Shown one piece after another: positions 12,951 through 25,100 of a DNA stretch of 64,000 nt. The notes under the pieces were generated by a model. The model saw only the letters and a list, made by a program, of their open reading frames with translations. It searched no databases and had not been told where the DNA came from. The stretch covers positions 103,726,001 through 103,790,000 of the forward strand of contig NC_090327.1 of the NCBI RefSeq assembly GCF_035084215.1. Direction: 5' to 3'. Position 1 is the stretch's first letter. Each line of letters starts with the position of its first letter. Both the position numbers and the translations under genes were made by a program. The DNA is from Heptranchias perlo. Lineage: Eukaryota.

Positions 12951-14289
12951 TTTTAAAGTGGTCTGATGAAGTTCCCATTTTTTTCATTTTAATGGAGACA
13001 TAACACCTCTGTTGCAATGAAAGGGAGACAAACTTAGAGTGAGCACTCTAAATATTTGTATGAAGATAAAAGCCCTGGGCAGTGTGCCATTGCCAAAGGT
13101 CTCTCTTGTAATCCGCCAAACATTTTGTTCACTTGTCAAGGAACAGCAGTTCTTGTTTCTCACCTTTGTGCAACCACATTAATAGCTGCAGCCAGCAGCA
13201 GTAAATTAGGAGATAATAGTTCCATAGTACATGCTCAGGTCAAGATAGCCTGTGTAAAACACACAATCCTGGAGTACTAACCTATATCTATGAAAAAAAA
13301 CAGTACCCTTGAATGCAACAAAGTCTATATTATAACATTTATATCCACCAAAACAGTCATCTTCATAATGCATTGTATGTGAATGATGAGATATTTCTGA
13401 GATCTGATTATGTGCCATACAAATGCACACTGTTCTTTCTCTGTTATTTCAGTTAGTGCAGGTGTTGCTCTGCTCAGTGATTGGGCTTTTCAGTTTCTGC
13501 ACCTGCAGCCTGTGACTAAAGTGAACAGGTGGAAAACCACAGCCTGACCTCAGTTGGTGTCTCTAACGCTGTGATATTTAAATGGAAGCTCCTTCTTCTG
13601 ACTACAGGCTCCCACTGCAGATTTTAAATCTCTTCTCCTCTATCTAGCCTGCTGTGTTGTCTTCAATTTTAAATCAGCAGTGGCAGCCACTGCTAAGGTC
13701 ATGAGACATGAGGGGAAGGTCCCATTTAGATATCATTGTGCTGAAGCAGCATCTGTCAGTACTGTGCTTCGCTCCTCCACAGCGTGATAGTTCACCTTTT
13801 CTGATTTTAACTCTTCTCTCTCTGAATGTACTCTGTAGGACTGTCTCCATTTTGAACCTGCTGCAGGAGCGTGAACTGGAGTCAGGAGGGAAAGTTACCT
13901 TTTAAATATCAACCCTGGAAGAACGGGTGATGTATATTCTCCAACTGTACCTCTCAATCAGTGTTGTCAGTTTTCTCCAGTGTTGCACTTTGCAGTGTTT
14001 TTCAGCCTTAATCCTTTTGATTTTTTTTTCATTACTATAATAAATCTTAGTTTTCCATTATTAATGTAGATACTTTTCAAATATCACCATGCTGGAGGAG
14101 CAAAGAAGACTTTTGTCAACTGTTGTTCTACTCCTCCAGCACAGTGATATTTAAATAGACCCCTCTCTCCCTTCCCAACTGCAGCCTAGGTTCCTGCTCC
14201 AGATTTTGGAGACAACCCAGTAGGATAGGTACTTGGAGAGGTGAGCCAAGTTTCCTGATTAATACTGCGTCTAGTGAAAATAACATCAA

Positions 14290-17200
14290 TCTGAAGATAA
14301 AAGAAATAGGAGATGAGAGTAAAGATCAGGCCAAGGTAAGGAATAAGGGTAACAAACAGTCAGAGAACAATTACAGTTATAGAACATAAGTACAAAATGA
14401 CTGTTAAAAATAAAGCAAGGCGAACAATTATTGAAAACAAATTAAATTGCCTGTACAGCAATGTGCGCAGTGTCCAAAACAAAAGGGGGGATTTGGAGGC
14501 AATTCATAGCGAGGAGACAGATGTTGTAGGAATAACTGAGATATGGCTACACTAAGAACAGGTCTGGCATTTAATAATTGCAGAATATAATGTACTTAGA
14601 AAGGATAGGGAAAGAAGGGGGGAGGGGTAGCTGTATTAATTAGAGACAATATAGTGGCAGTAGAAAAAAGGAAATAGGTAACGTTAAGATAGAAACAGAA
14701 TCCATGTGGATTAAGACAAAGGATAAGAAGGGATCGATCACATTAATAGGTATATTCTACAGATCACCTAATAGTGGAAGGAAAGTGGAGGAAGAAATAT
14801 GTAGGCAAATCTATGAAAAGAGTAAAAAATGTCAAATAATAATCACGGGACATTTCAACTATCCCCAAATAAACTGGCAATAAGAGGTAGGGGAAGGGGA
14901 AAAGGGAATGGAGTTTTTACAGTGTGTACAGGACTCCTTTCTTACCCAGTATGTGAGAAGCCCAACAAGGGAGGATTCACTGCTGGATCTAGTAATGGGA
15001 AATGAACCAGAGCAGGTAAGCGTACGGGAACTTGTAGGCAATAGCAATTATAACATAATAAGATTTAAAATAATGATTGAGAAAGACATAAGTAAGACAA
15101 AGACCAAAGAAATAGATTGGAAAAAAGATAATTTTGAGGGGATGAGAATGGAACTAGGGCAGGTAAACTGGAAAAATTTTTCGAAAGACAAAGATAGAAC
15201 AGCAGTGGGAAATATTTAAAATGGTGATCAATAGAGTTCAGGAGAAATATATTCCTCTAAAAAACAAGAACAAACTATCCAATAATGAAACACCAGGGAT
15301 GAATAAAGAGATAAGGGTAAAATTGAAACTACAGAAAAAGGCATACACTAAATTCAAAGACAATAAAGGAGAGGATGACAAAAGGGAATATGAAGAGGTT
15401 AAGAAAGAAGTAAAACAAAACAATTAGGAAAGTAAAGAGGAACTACAAAATTAAATTATCAAAGAATATAAAAAGAAATAGTAAAGTATTCTACAGACAC
15501 ATAAATAACAAAAGGAAAATCAGGATGGGGATAGGGCCACTAAGGGATGCACAAGATAAACTCACAGGTAATGACAGCGAAATGGCAGAAATATTAAATA
15601 ATTACTTTGCCTCAGTATTTACCAGGGAGACTAACATGGTGGGCATAACATTAGAAGAAGAGATCAAAAAAGATATAAATGCATTTAAGATAGAAAAGGG
15701 GAGATAATTGATAAACTAATCAAACTTAGAGAGAATAAAACCCCTGGTCTGGATGGATTGCATCCACGCATATTAAAAGAAATTAGGGAGGAGATAGCAG
15801 AGGCACTATTACATATATAGGAAAATTCACTAGAAAAGGGAATAGTGCCAGAGGAATGGCGGACAGCTAATGTTATTCCTGTATTTAAAATGGGAGATAG
15901 AATAAGTCCAGCTTAATGTCGGTGGTAGGAAAGATAATGGAATCTTTACTCGAAGATGTAATAGGAAAACATCTAGAAACTGAAAATATAATAAAGAATA
16001 GTCAGCATGGATTTCAAAAGGGAAAGTCATGCTTGATCAACCTTACTGAATTCTTTGAAGAAGTAACAGAGTAGACAAGGATAATGTAGTAGATGTAATA
16101 TATTTGGATTTTAAAAAGGCCTTCGATAAGGTACCACATTATAAACTCATCACTAAGGTCAGAGCATGTGGAGTCAGGGGACAGGTAGCAGAACGGATAG
16201 CAAGCTGGCTACGAAACAGAAAACAGAGAGTAGGGGTTAAGGGTAGTTACTCAGTCGGCAAAAGGTGGGAAGTGGTGTTCCACAGGAATCGGTGCTGGGA
16301 CCACTGTTGTTCACAGTTTACATTAAAGATTTGGGTTCGGGAATCAGAAGTACAATTTCAAAATGTGCGGACATCACCAAAGTGGGGGGTATAGTTAATA
16401 CAAAGGAAGAATGCGTCAAAATGCAAGAAGACATTAATAAGCTTGCAGAATGGGCGTGTAATTGGCAAATTAATTTCAATATAGATAAGTGTGAGGTGGT
16501 GCATTTTGGTAGGAAGAATAATGAGGAGACATATTGCTTGGATAATAAGAGTCTAAATGGGATAGAGGAGCAAAGGGATCTAGGGGCACACAAATCACTA
16601 AAAGTAGTGATACAGGTTATAAGGCCATAAAAAAGGCACACCAAGCACTGGGGTTCATTTCTAGAGGGATAGAATTGAAAAGCAGAGATGTTATGTTAAA
16701 CTTGTGTGGAACCTTGGTTAGAGCACACTTGAAGTATTGTGCACAGTTCCGGTATCCATCTTATTAGAAGGATATGGAGGCTTGGAAAAGGTGCAGAAAA
16801 CATTCACAAGGATGATACCAGAACTGAGAGGATATACTTATCAGGAAAGGCTGGGGCTCTTTTAAGAACATAAGAACATAAGAAATAGGAGCAGGAGTGG
16901 GCCAATCGGCCTTCCAACGAGCCTGCTCCGCCATTTAATAAGATCATGGCTGATCTGATCCTAACCTCAAATCTAAATTCATGTCCAATTTCCTTCCCGC
17001 TCCCTGTAACCCCTAATTCCCTTTACTTCTAGGAAACTGTCTATTTCTGTTTTGAATTTATTCAATGATGTAGCTTCCACAGCTTCCTGGGGCAGCAAAT
17101 TCCACAGACCTACCACCCTCTGAGTGAAGAAGATTCCCCTCATCTCAGTTTTGAAGGAGCAGCCCCTTATTCTAAGATTATGCCCCCTAGTTCTAGTTTC

Positions 17201-17910
17201 ACCCATCCTTGGGAACATCCTCACCGCATCCACCCGATCAAGCCCCTTCACAATCTTATATGTTTCAATAAGATCGCCTCTTATTCTTCTGAACTCCAAT
17301 GAGTAGAGTCCCAATCTACTCAACCTCTCCTCATATGTCCGCCCCCTCATCCCCGGGATTAACCAAGTGAACCTTCTTTGTACTGCCTCGAGAGCAAGTA
17401 TGTCTTTTCTTAAGTATGGACACCAAAACTGTATGCAGTATTCCAGGTGCGGTCTCACCAATACCTTATATAACTGCAGCAATACCTCCCTGTTTTTATA
17501 TTCTATCCCCCTAGCAAAGAGAAGGCTGAGGGGTGACCTGATAAAGGTCTTTAAGATAATGAAAGGGTTTGATAGGGTAGACGTAGAGAAAATGTTTCCA
17601 CTTGTGGGAGAGTCCAAAACTAGAAGTCATAAATATAAGACAGTCACTAATAAATCCAAAAGGGAATTCAAGAGAAACGTCTTTACCCAAAGAGTGGTAA
17701 GAATGTGGAATACCCTACCACAAAGAGTTGAGGCGAATACCATAGATGCAACTAAGGGGAAGCTAGATAAGTACATGAAAGAGAAAGGAATAGGTGGGTA
17801 TGCTGATAGGGTTAGACGAAGTAGGGTGGGAGGAGGCTCGTATGGAGCATAAATGCCGGTATAGACCAGTTGGACCAAATGGCCTGTTTCTCTGCTGTAG
17901 ACTCAATGCA
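14290..17910 (+). mobile_element. Decayed CR1 LINE ORF2 (APE-RT), interrupted by an antisense CR1 insertion
   Basis: Fragmented ORFs 14908-16630 (EFLQCVQDSFLTQYV, DFKKAFDKVPH, GVPQESVLGP). Resumes at about 17511 (KRRLRGDLIKVFKIM) and continues to its 3' UTR. Confidence 0.9.
16863..17516 (-). mobile_element. Young 5'-truncated CR1 inserted antisense into an older CR1
   Basis: ORF 16979-17617(-) contains RPHLEYCIQFWCP...TRGH. (taagaaca)n tail at 16863. Near-identical to 21486-21930(+). Confidence 0.93.
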
Positions 17911-18038
17911 TATTTTTAAACATAGACAGGGGTTTATACCTTGAATTATGCTTTAAATTGCTCCATGTTAATTTGATCGTCATTCTATGTTAAATCAATC
18001 CTCTGTAATAAAGATATACTTGTACTTAAGTGTCTTAC

Positions 18039-18120
18039 CTATTTGGGACTGAGCCACCATGGTTGAATTGCGATCACAGAGTGGAGAGAAAGGAAGCCCC
18101 AGTTCAGCCTCTTTGTCACC
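18039..18120 (-). CDS. PDE1C: PDE1C coding exon (82 nt): GDKEAELGLPFSPLCDRNSTMVAQSQI
   Basis: tag acceptor and gtaag donor. Phase matches the preceding exon. Conserved PDE1 motif GD.EAELGLPFSPLCDR. Confidence 0.95.
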
Positions 18121-18432
18121 CTAGAATAAGATGAAATGAAGAATTGTAATCATAAGACAATGGTGTCTCATGTGAATAAGCTAACCTCTATGTTTGCTAA
18201 TCTCCATGCATGCTAACCTCCAAATACAATATTTCAACTAGCGCTACCAGTGTCTGAATATCTATATCAGGAGTGTTAACTCGTTAAATCTACCCAATAT
18301 TTAGCAACAGTTAAATTACTGTCCTTTAGGGTTCTCCTGTAAACATCAAAATCACTCTCAGTAACATTAGAACTTAAGAGCAACAGCTAGTCAGTTTAAT
18401 GCTTTGTAATCCCAGCTGTATAAAGTTATTAC

Positions 18433-18553
18433 CTGTCTGAAGAATTCCTCCAACAGTGCCATGGTCCAGCGATGATGCACGTCCCATGCTTTAGCTGGAT
18501 GGCTGATATCAGCCGTGTGCAGCAACAGTGATAAGGCCTTTGGTTTGTCAATC
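18433..18553 (-). CDS. PDE1C: PDE1C coding exon (121 nt): IDKPKALSLLLHTADISHPAKAWDVHHRWTMALLEEFFRQ
   Basis: cag acceptor and gtaat donor. HTADISHPAKAW and LLEEFFRQ are PDE1C-type residues (PDE1A and PDE1B have HAADISH). Confidence 0.95.
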
Positions 18554-19369
18554 CTGCAAGTCAACATAGTGATGATGGAAGTTACCAGCCTCAACCAATT
18601 GCCAAATCAGTGTAGCCTCACCAGAGGGTTTAAAGAAGATGGACAGCACTGATTATGTGACGTACGTTTGCAATCATTTTTTGATTGGTGATGAGAATGC
18701 AAATCAGGATTTCAGGCACAGTGATCAGTGAAAAATATACATGCAATCCGTGACCCTGACATGTTGATCTCTGTGACTGAAATTGCAGTATGGGCTCCAG
18801 TCACACAAAGCTCTGCATCGGGAGCATTAAATCACAAAATTTACCCCACAGTCCACACCTTTCTACTGTTATATTTGAAGATTTTTTTTTTTATCTTTTG
18901 CACATAAAATGCCTCATTTTACATTAGGAACTGCTTGCAAAACCCAGATACACTTCATATGCAAATACATATTATATGTGCAAATATTTACACAAACAGG
19001 AGGGAGTAAAGTTCATGAAGGTGCCTGTTTAGAGTAAAATGTTACAATAATTTTTAAGTTTATTATTTACTTTTGATCAACAGGTTTAAGAATTTGGATG
19101 GCTGCACTGTCAAATATTGAATGACCTACATCTCTGGAATCATTATCATTCATGACTTAACATAATCATCATTATGCAGCCTTAATGGATGATAGGAGAA
19201 AATAGATTCTGAAGGACAGTGGAGAATGCTTGTAATAGCTATTTACTGACTTCATTCCAGCCAGCAGACTTAGAGAGTTTCCTGTAGTTCAGGAGCCTCA
19301 GATGGTGAAAGGAACTGATGTCTCTGGTGCTTTTTATCTTAAAATATTTAAAGGCAAGATTTAGAGGGC

Positions 19370-19573
19370 ACACAATATGTGCCAGTTAATGGGCTGTGTT
19401 CCAAAGCACCCAACCCCCCTGAATGATGGCTGAAGGAGAAGTGCTGCTGCCTGAGTTGAGTGCGAAATGGTTTGTTTCTTTGGTACTTCAAAGGACAGCA
19501 GTGCAACATGCCTGGCAGGAGATGGTGGCTGTAGGACCTGATGGAACAGATATGGAACAACTTCAAGGATCTT
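19370..19573 (+). mobile_element. Possible decayed Harbinger Myb/SANT-like gene fragment
   Basis: gcctggcaggagatg...aggacctgatggaacagatatggaacaacttcaaggatctt loosely resembles W.EVA...RTW.QCRKKFNDL of the copy at 30870. Confidence 0.3.
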
Positions 19574-20092
19574 AAAAAAGATATAGAAGCACTGGAGAAA
19601 GTGCAAAAAATATTTACAAGGATGATACCAGAACTAAGAGGATACAACTATCAGGAAAGACTGAACAGACTGGGGCTCTATTTTGGAGAAAAGAGAAGGC
19701 TGAGAGGTGACCTGATAGAGATCTTTAAGATTACGAAGGGGTTTTATAGGGTAGACATAGAGAAAATGTTTCCACTTGTGAGGGAGTCCAAAACTAGGGG
19801 CCATAAATACAAGATAGTCATTAATAAATCCTATAAGGAATTCAGGAGAAACATCTTTACTGAGAGAGTGGTGAGAATATGGAACTCGCTACCACATGGA
19901 GTGGTTGAGGCAAACAGCATAGATGCATTTAAGAGAAAGCTAGATAAGTACACGAGGGAGAAAAGAATAGAAGGATATACTGATTGGGACGAAGGTGGGA
20001 GGAGGCTCATGTGGAGCATAAACAACAGCATAGACCTGTTGGACCGAATGGCCTGTTTCTATGCTGTGAAATTTTATGTAATTCTATGTAAT
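19574..20092 (+). mobile_element. CR1 LINE 3' fragment
   Basis: ORF 19541-20134: KKDIEALEKVQKIFTRMIPEL...RRLRGDLIE...TRGH. Same family as 14290-17910. Confidence 0.9.
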
Positions 20093-20811
20093 GTGTCAAG
20101 GCACAGCTACCCAATAGTATCATACACCAGGTAGGCAGTCCAAGTATGCAGGCCACAAAATGTTGCCTGTCAACCTGCTACACACTTATTGCTTGCTCAT
20201 ACCAAGTCCTAAGACCTCGATACAAACCCATATGTGACAGATTAGAACTCTATCTTACTTAATTTCATAGAAATTTTGATGATATATTCTATATCTCAAC
20301 CACTCCTGTGAAAGGATGAGCTGGCATCAGAAATTAGGGAATTAAATGTTAAGGCACGTTTTATTCATTTAAATGGCTGAATATACCGACTCCTTGTCAT
20401 GGTCCTGTTTACTCTGTAAAATCAGGGTTGGATACTTCTCTATGACTGCCTTCAACATCTTATCAATGAAAAGATGGGCCTCCTGTGAGGTGCAAGTAGT
20501 CCTGCCAGGTTCCTGCAGCAGAATCTTTCCAAGAAGGCACCACCCACCAATAAGCAGCGGTTCATCTCGAAGAGTAGCTGACGCCTACACACATTTTTTC
20601 AGCAAGGAAAAGTTCAAAGAACATTTGAGGTTGGGATTCAAACTCGTACATCACCCGCCCCCAAGTCAGGAGTACCGGTCACTAACAGTGTACGACAAAG
20701 TTTAATTTTAGCTAAGAATGAACAAATAATATACTGTAGTTAATGGAACTAGACAAAAATGATTGTAATCTGATGGTTGAAAGAGATGACCACTGTCAAA
20801 TGATGACTCAC

Positions 20812-20913
20812 CCCTCTGGTTGCTGCAAGGAGTTCTTCATAGCTTTGATTTGTTGAAAGTGGCAAGACATATCAGTCGCCAAGACCATCTCAATCACCAG
20901 GGTCCGAAGTTCC
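20812..20913 (-). CDS. PDE1C: PDE1C coding exon (102 nt): ELRTLVIEMVLATDMSCHFQQIKAMKNSLQQPE
   Basis: aag acceptor and gtgagt donor. Phase 2 at both ends fits the neighbouring exons. PDE motif LATDMS.HF. Confidence 0.95.
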
Positions 20914-21485
20914 CTTTGGATAAAATGGAAAGTTAATCATGAGCAACTTCTCACTAACCCAACACAACCAGCCAATTATTCTGACATTTCAAACTCCTCT
21001 GCATGCATCACTCACCCCAAAAGGTCAACCATTCCTTTTTACAAGGGTCACTCCTTGACTTCATCTCAAATACCATCCTTAATTTGAACTAATTAAACAG
21101 AAGATTAATCTCAGGATATAAAAAAAGCCACTGCTGCTTGATGAACCCATTAGGGATTCCCTTTTCAATTACACAGAGAGGCTCTAAATTGATTCTATCT
21201 TGAAAGCCTTCGATAAACAATCACATAAGTGCTTAAGTACACCTGACACTGAGTTTAAAAGAATTCCATCAGCAGATCTTAAGGTCTCGATCTCAATCAA
21301 TTCTGCATGACTCCAAGTCAGTTTACAAAGCAGCAGTGATTCATTATCTTCAAAGGGAATACTATTAACTCAATTTTAAAGCAGAAAATAAGATCATTCC
21401 CCCTCCGAATGAATAGTACCTCCAACCACCACCCCAAATAGAACATTGCCCCTCCCCCAAAAACCCTACAGAGAACCACCTGTCA

Positions 21486-21930
21486 CACTCTACTCATTGG
21501 AGTTCAGAAGAATGAGAAGCGATCTTATTGAAACATATAAGATTGTGAAGGGGCTTGATCGGGTGGATGCGGTAAGGATGTTCCCAAGGATGGGTGAAAC
21601 TAGAACTAGGGGGCATAATCTTAGAATAAGGGGCTGCTCTTTCAAAACTGAGATGAGGAGAAACTTCTTCACTCAGAGGGTAGTAGGTCTGTGGAATTTG
21701 CTGCCCCAGGAAGCTGTGGAAGCTACATCATTAAATAAATTTAAAACAGAAATCGACAGTTTCCTAGAAGTAAAGGGAATTAGGGGTTACGGGGAGCGGG
21801 CAGGAAATTGGACATGAATTTAGATTTGAGGTTAGGATCAGATCAGCCATGATCTTATTGAATGGCGGAGCAGGCTCGAGGGGCCGATTGGCCTACTCCT
21901 GCTCCTATTTCTTATGTTCTTATGTTCTTA
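21486..21930 (+). mobile_element. Young 5'-truncated CR1 copy
   Basis: LYSLEFRRMRSDLIETYKIVKGLDRVD. (ttcttatg)n tail. Inverted near-identical partner at 16863-17310. Confidence 0.93.
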
Positions 21931-22139
21931 CACCCCCAAGGCAGTGGGCAGTAGTTCCAAATTTGCTTATATAATTAAGCAGCATATCAGGCAACTCCTT
22001 ACTGAGCAGCTTATTGGGATTTCCCCACTGCCCCCTCCCCTCTACCATCTCCCCCTCCTATTTCCCATCTCCCATTTTAGCAGCACCTGACCCTCCCCTA
22101 CTGAACAATATCTCACAGACTGGGAGGAGCAGAATAGCT

Positions 22140-25100
22140 CGAGTAGTAAAGGCAATGGGTTTCTGGAACATATTCAGGACAGTTTTCTGGAACAGTATGT
22201 TTTAGAACAAGAGATAAGGCCGTACTAGATATATGATGAGTAACGAGCCAGAATTAGTTAACAATCTGACTCTAAAGGAACATCTTGCAAACAGTGACCA
22301 TAACATCAATGAATTTGATATAAGGTTTGAGAGGGAGAAGCAAGAGTCACAAGTCTAGATTTTAAAATTGAGTAAGGCAACCTTCGAAGGGTGAGAAATA
22401 AATTGACCACAGTAAACTGAGCTGAGATGTTAAGGGGTAAACCCACAGACAACCAGTGAGAAGTATTCAAAGAAACATTCAGTATAATACAAAATCAGTA
22501 CATTACCCTAAAAAGCAAAACCTCCACTTGTGCATTTAAACAACCATGGTCAACAAACAGGGTAAAAGATTGGTCCCGAGCAGGACCGGCACCAATGTCC
22601 TCGCGGGGGTGTTTGCTAGTGCTGTTGGGGAAGGTTTAAACTAGAATGGCAGGGGGACGAGAACCTGAGCAGGGAGATAGAGGAGGGGGAAACGAGGATA
22701 GAAACAAAAGACAGAAAGGGAAGAAGCAATAGTGGAAGGCAGAGAAAACAAGGGCGAAAAACAAATAGGGCCATAGTGCAAAATAATACTAAGATGACAA
22801 GCAATCTTAAAAAGACAAGTCTAAAGGCATTGTGTCTTAATGCGATGAGCATTCGCAACAAGGTAGATGAATTAACAGCGCAGATAGATATTAACGGGTA
22901 TGATATAGTTGCGATTACGGAGACATGGCTGCAGGGTGAACAAGGATGGGAACTGAACATCCAGGGGTATTCAATATTTAGGAAGGACACGCAAAAAGGG
23001 AAAGGAGGTTGGGTAGCGCTGTTAGTAAAGGAAGAAATGAATGCAATAGTGAGGAAGGATATTGGCTCGAAAAATCACAATGTGGAATCTGTATGGGTGC
23101 AGCTAAGAAACACCAGGATGGGGGTTGTCTATAGGCCCCCAAACAGTAGTGGAGATGTAGGGGAGGGCATTAAACAGGAAATTAGAGACGCATGCAAGAA
23201 GGGTACAACTATAATCATGGGTGACTTTAATTTACATATAGATTGGTCAAACCAAATTAGCAATAATACTGTGAGGGAGGAATTCCTGGAGTGTGTACGT
23301 GATGGTTTTCTAGACCAATATGTTGAGGAACCAACTGGAGAACAGGCGATCCTAGACTGGGTATTGTGCAATGAGAAAGGATTAATTAACAATCTTGTTG
23401 TGCGGGGTCCCTTAGGGAAGAGCGACCATAACATGATAGAATTCCTCATTAAGATGGAGAGTGAATTGGTTGAATCCGAAACTTGGGTCCTGAATCTAAA
23501 TAAAGCAAATTACAAAAGATTGAGGTGCGAGTTGGCTATGATAAGATAGGAGAAATTTACTAAAAGGGATGACGGTGGATTGGCAATGGCTAATATTTAA
23601 AGAACGTGTGCAGGAATTACAACAATTATTCATTCCTGTCTGGCGCAAAAATAAAACAGGAAAGGTGGTTCAACCGTGGCTTACAAAAGAAATTAGGGAT
23701 AGTATTAGATCCAAAGAGGAGACATATAAAATTGCCAGAAAAAGCAGCAAGCCTGAGGATTGGGAGCAGTTCAGAATTCAGCAAAGGAGGACAAAGAGAT
23801 TGATTAAGAGGGGAAAAATAGAGTATGAGAGTAAACTAGCAGGGAACATAAAAACTGACTGTAAAAGCTTCTAGAAATATGTCAAGAGAAAAAGATTAGT
23901 GAAGACAAATGTAGGTCCCTTGCAGTCAGAAATGGGGGAAATTATAATGGGGAACAAAGAAATGGCAGAACAATTAAACACGTACTTTGCTTCTGTCTTC
24001 ACAAAGGAGGACACAAATAACCTGTCAGAAATGTTAGGGAACCAAGGGTCTAGTGAGAGGGAGGAACTGAAGGAAACCAGTATTAGTAAAAAAATAGTGC
24101 TCGGGAAATTAATGGGGCTAAAGGCTGACAAATCCCTAGGGCCTGATAATCTACATCCCAGAGTACTAAAGGAAGTGGCCCTGGAAATAATGGATGCATT
24201 GGTGCTCATCTTCCAAAATTCTACAGACTCTGGAACAGTTCCTACAGATTGGAGGGTGGCAAATGTAACCCAACTGTTTAAAAAAGGGAGTGAAAAAACA
24301 GGGAATTACAGACCAGTTAGCCTAATATCAGTAGTGTGGAAAATGCTAGAGTCTATTATAAAAGATGTGATAACAGAACACTTGGAGGTCGTTAACGGGA
24401 TTGGACAAAGTCAGCTTGAGTTTATGAAAGGGAAATCATGCTTAACAAATCTACTGGAGTTTTTTGAGGATGGGACATGGGATTGTGGGAATATACTGGC
24501 ATGGATTGAGAACTGGTTGACAGACAGGAAACAGAGAGTAGGAATAAACGGGTCTTTTTCTGGCTGGCAGGCAGTGACTAGTGGGCTATTCACAATATAT
24601 ATTAATGATTTGGATGAGGGAACTAGATGTAACATTTCCAAGTTTGCAGACGACACAAAGCTGGGGTGGAATGTGAGCTGTGAGGAGGATGCAAAGAGTC
24701 TCCAATGTGATTCATACAAGTTGGGTGAGTGGGCAAGAACATGGCAGATGCAGTATAACATGGATAAATGTGAGGTTATCCACTTTGGTTGTAAAAACAG
24801 AAAGACAGATTATTATCTGAATGGTGATAGATTGGGAAAAGGGGAGGTGCAACGAGACCTGGGTGTCCTTGTACACCAGTCGCTGAAAGCGAGCATTCAG
24901 GTGCAGCAAGCAGTTAGGAAGGCGAATGGTATGTTGGCCTTCATTGCAAGAGGATTTGAGTACAGGAGCAGGGATGTCTTACTGCAGTTATACAGGGCCT
25001 TGGTGAGACCATCTGGAGTATTGTGTGCAGTTTTGGTCTCCTTATCTGAGGAAGGATGTCCTTGCCATGGAGGGAGTGCAACGAAGGTTTACCAGACTGA

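Noticed and set aside
1-18038. Next PDE1C exon (GFIDFIVEPTF...)
   Set aside because: I scanned the non-repeat stretches by eye and did not find it. It probably lies beyond the left edge.
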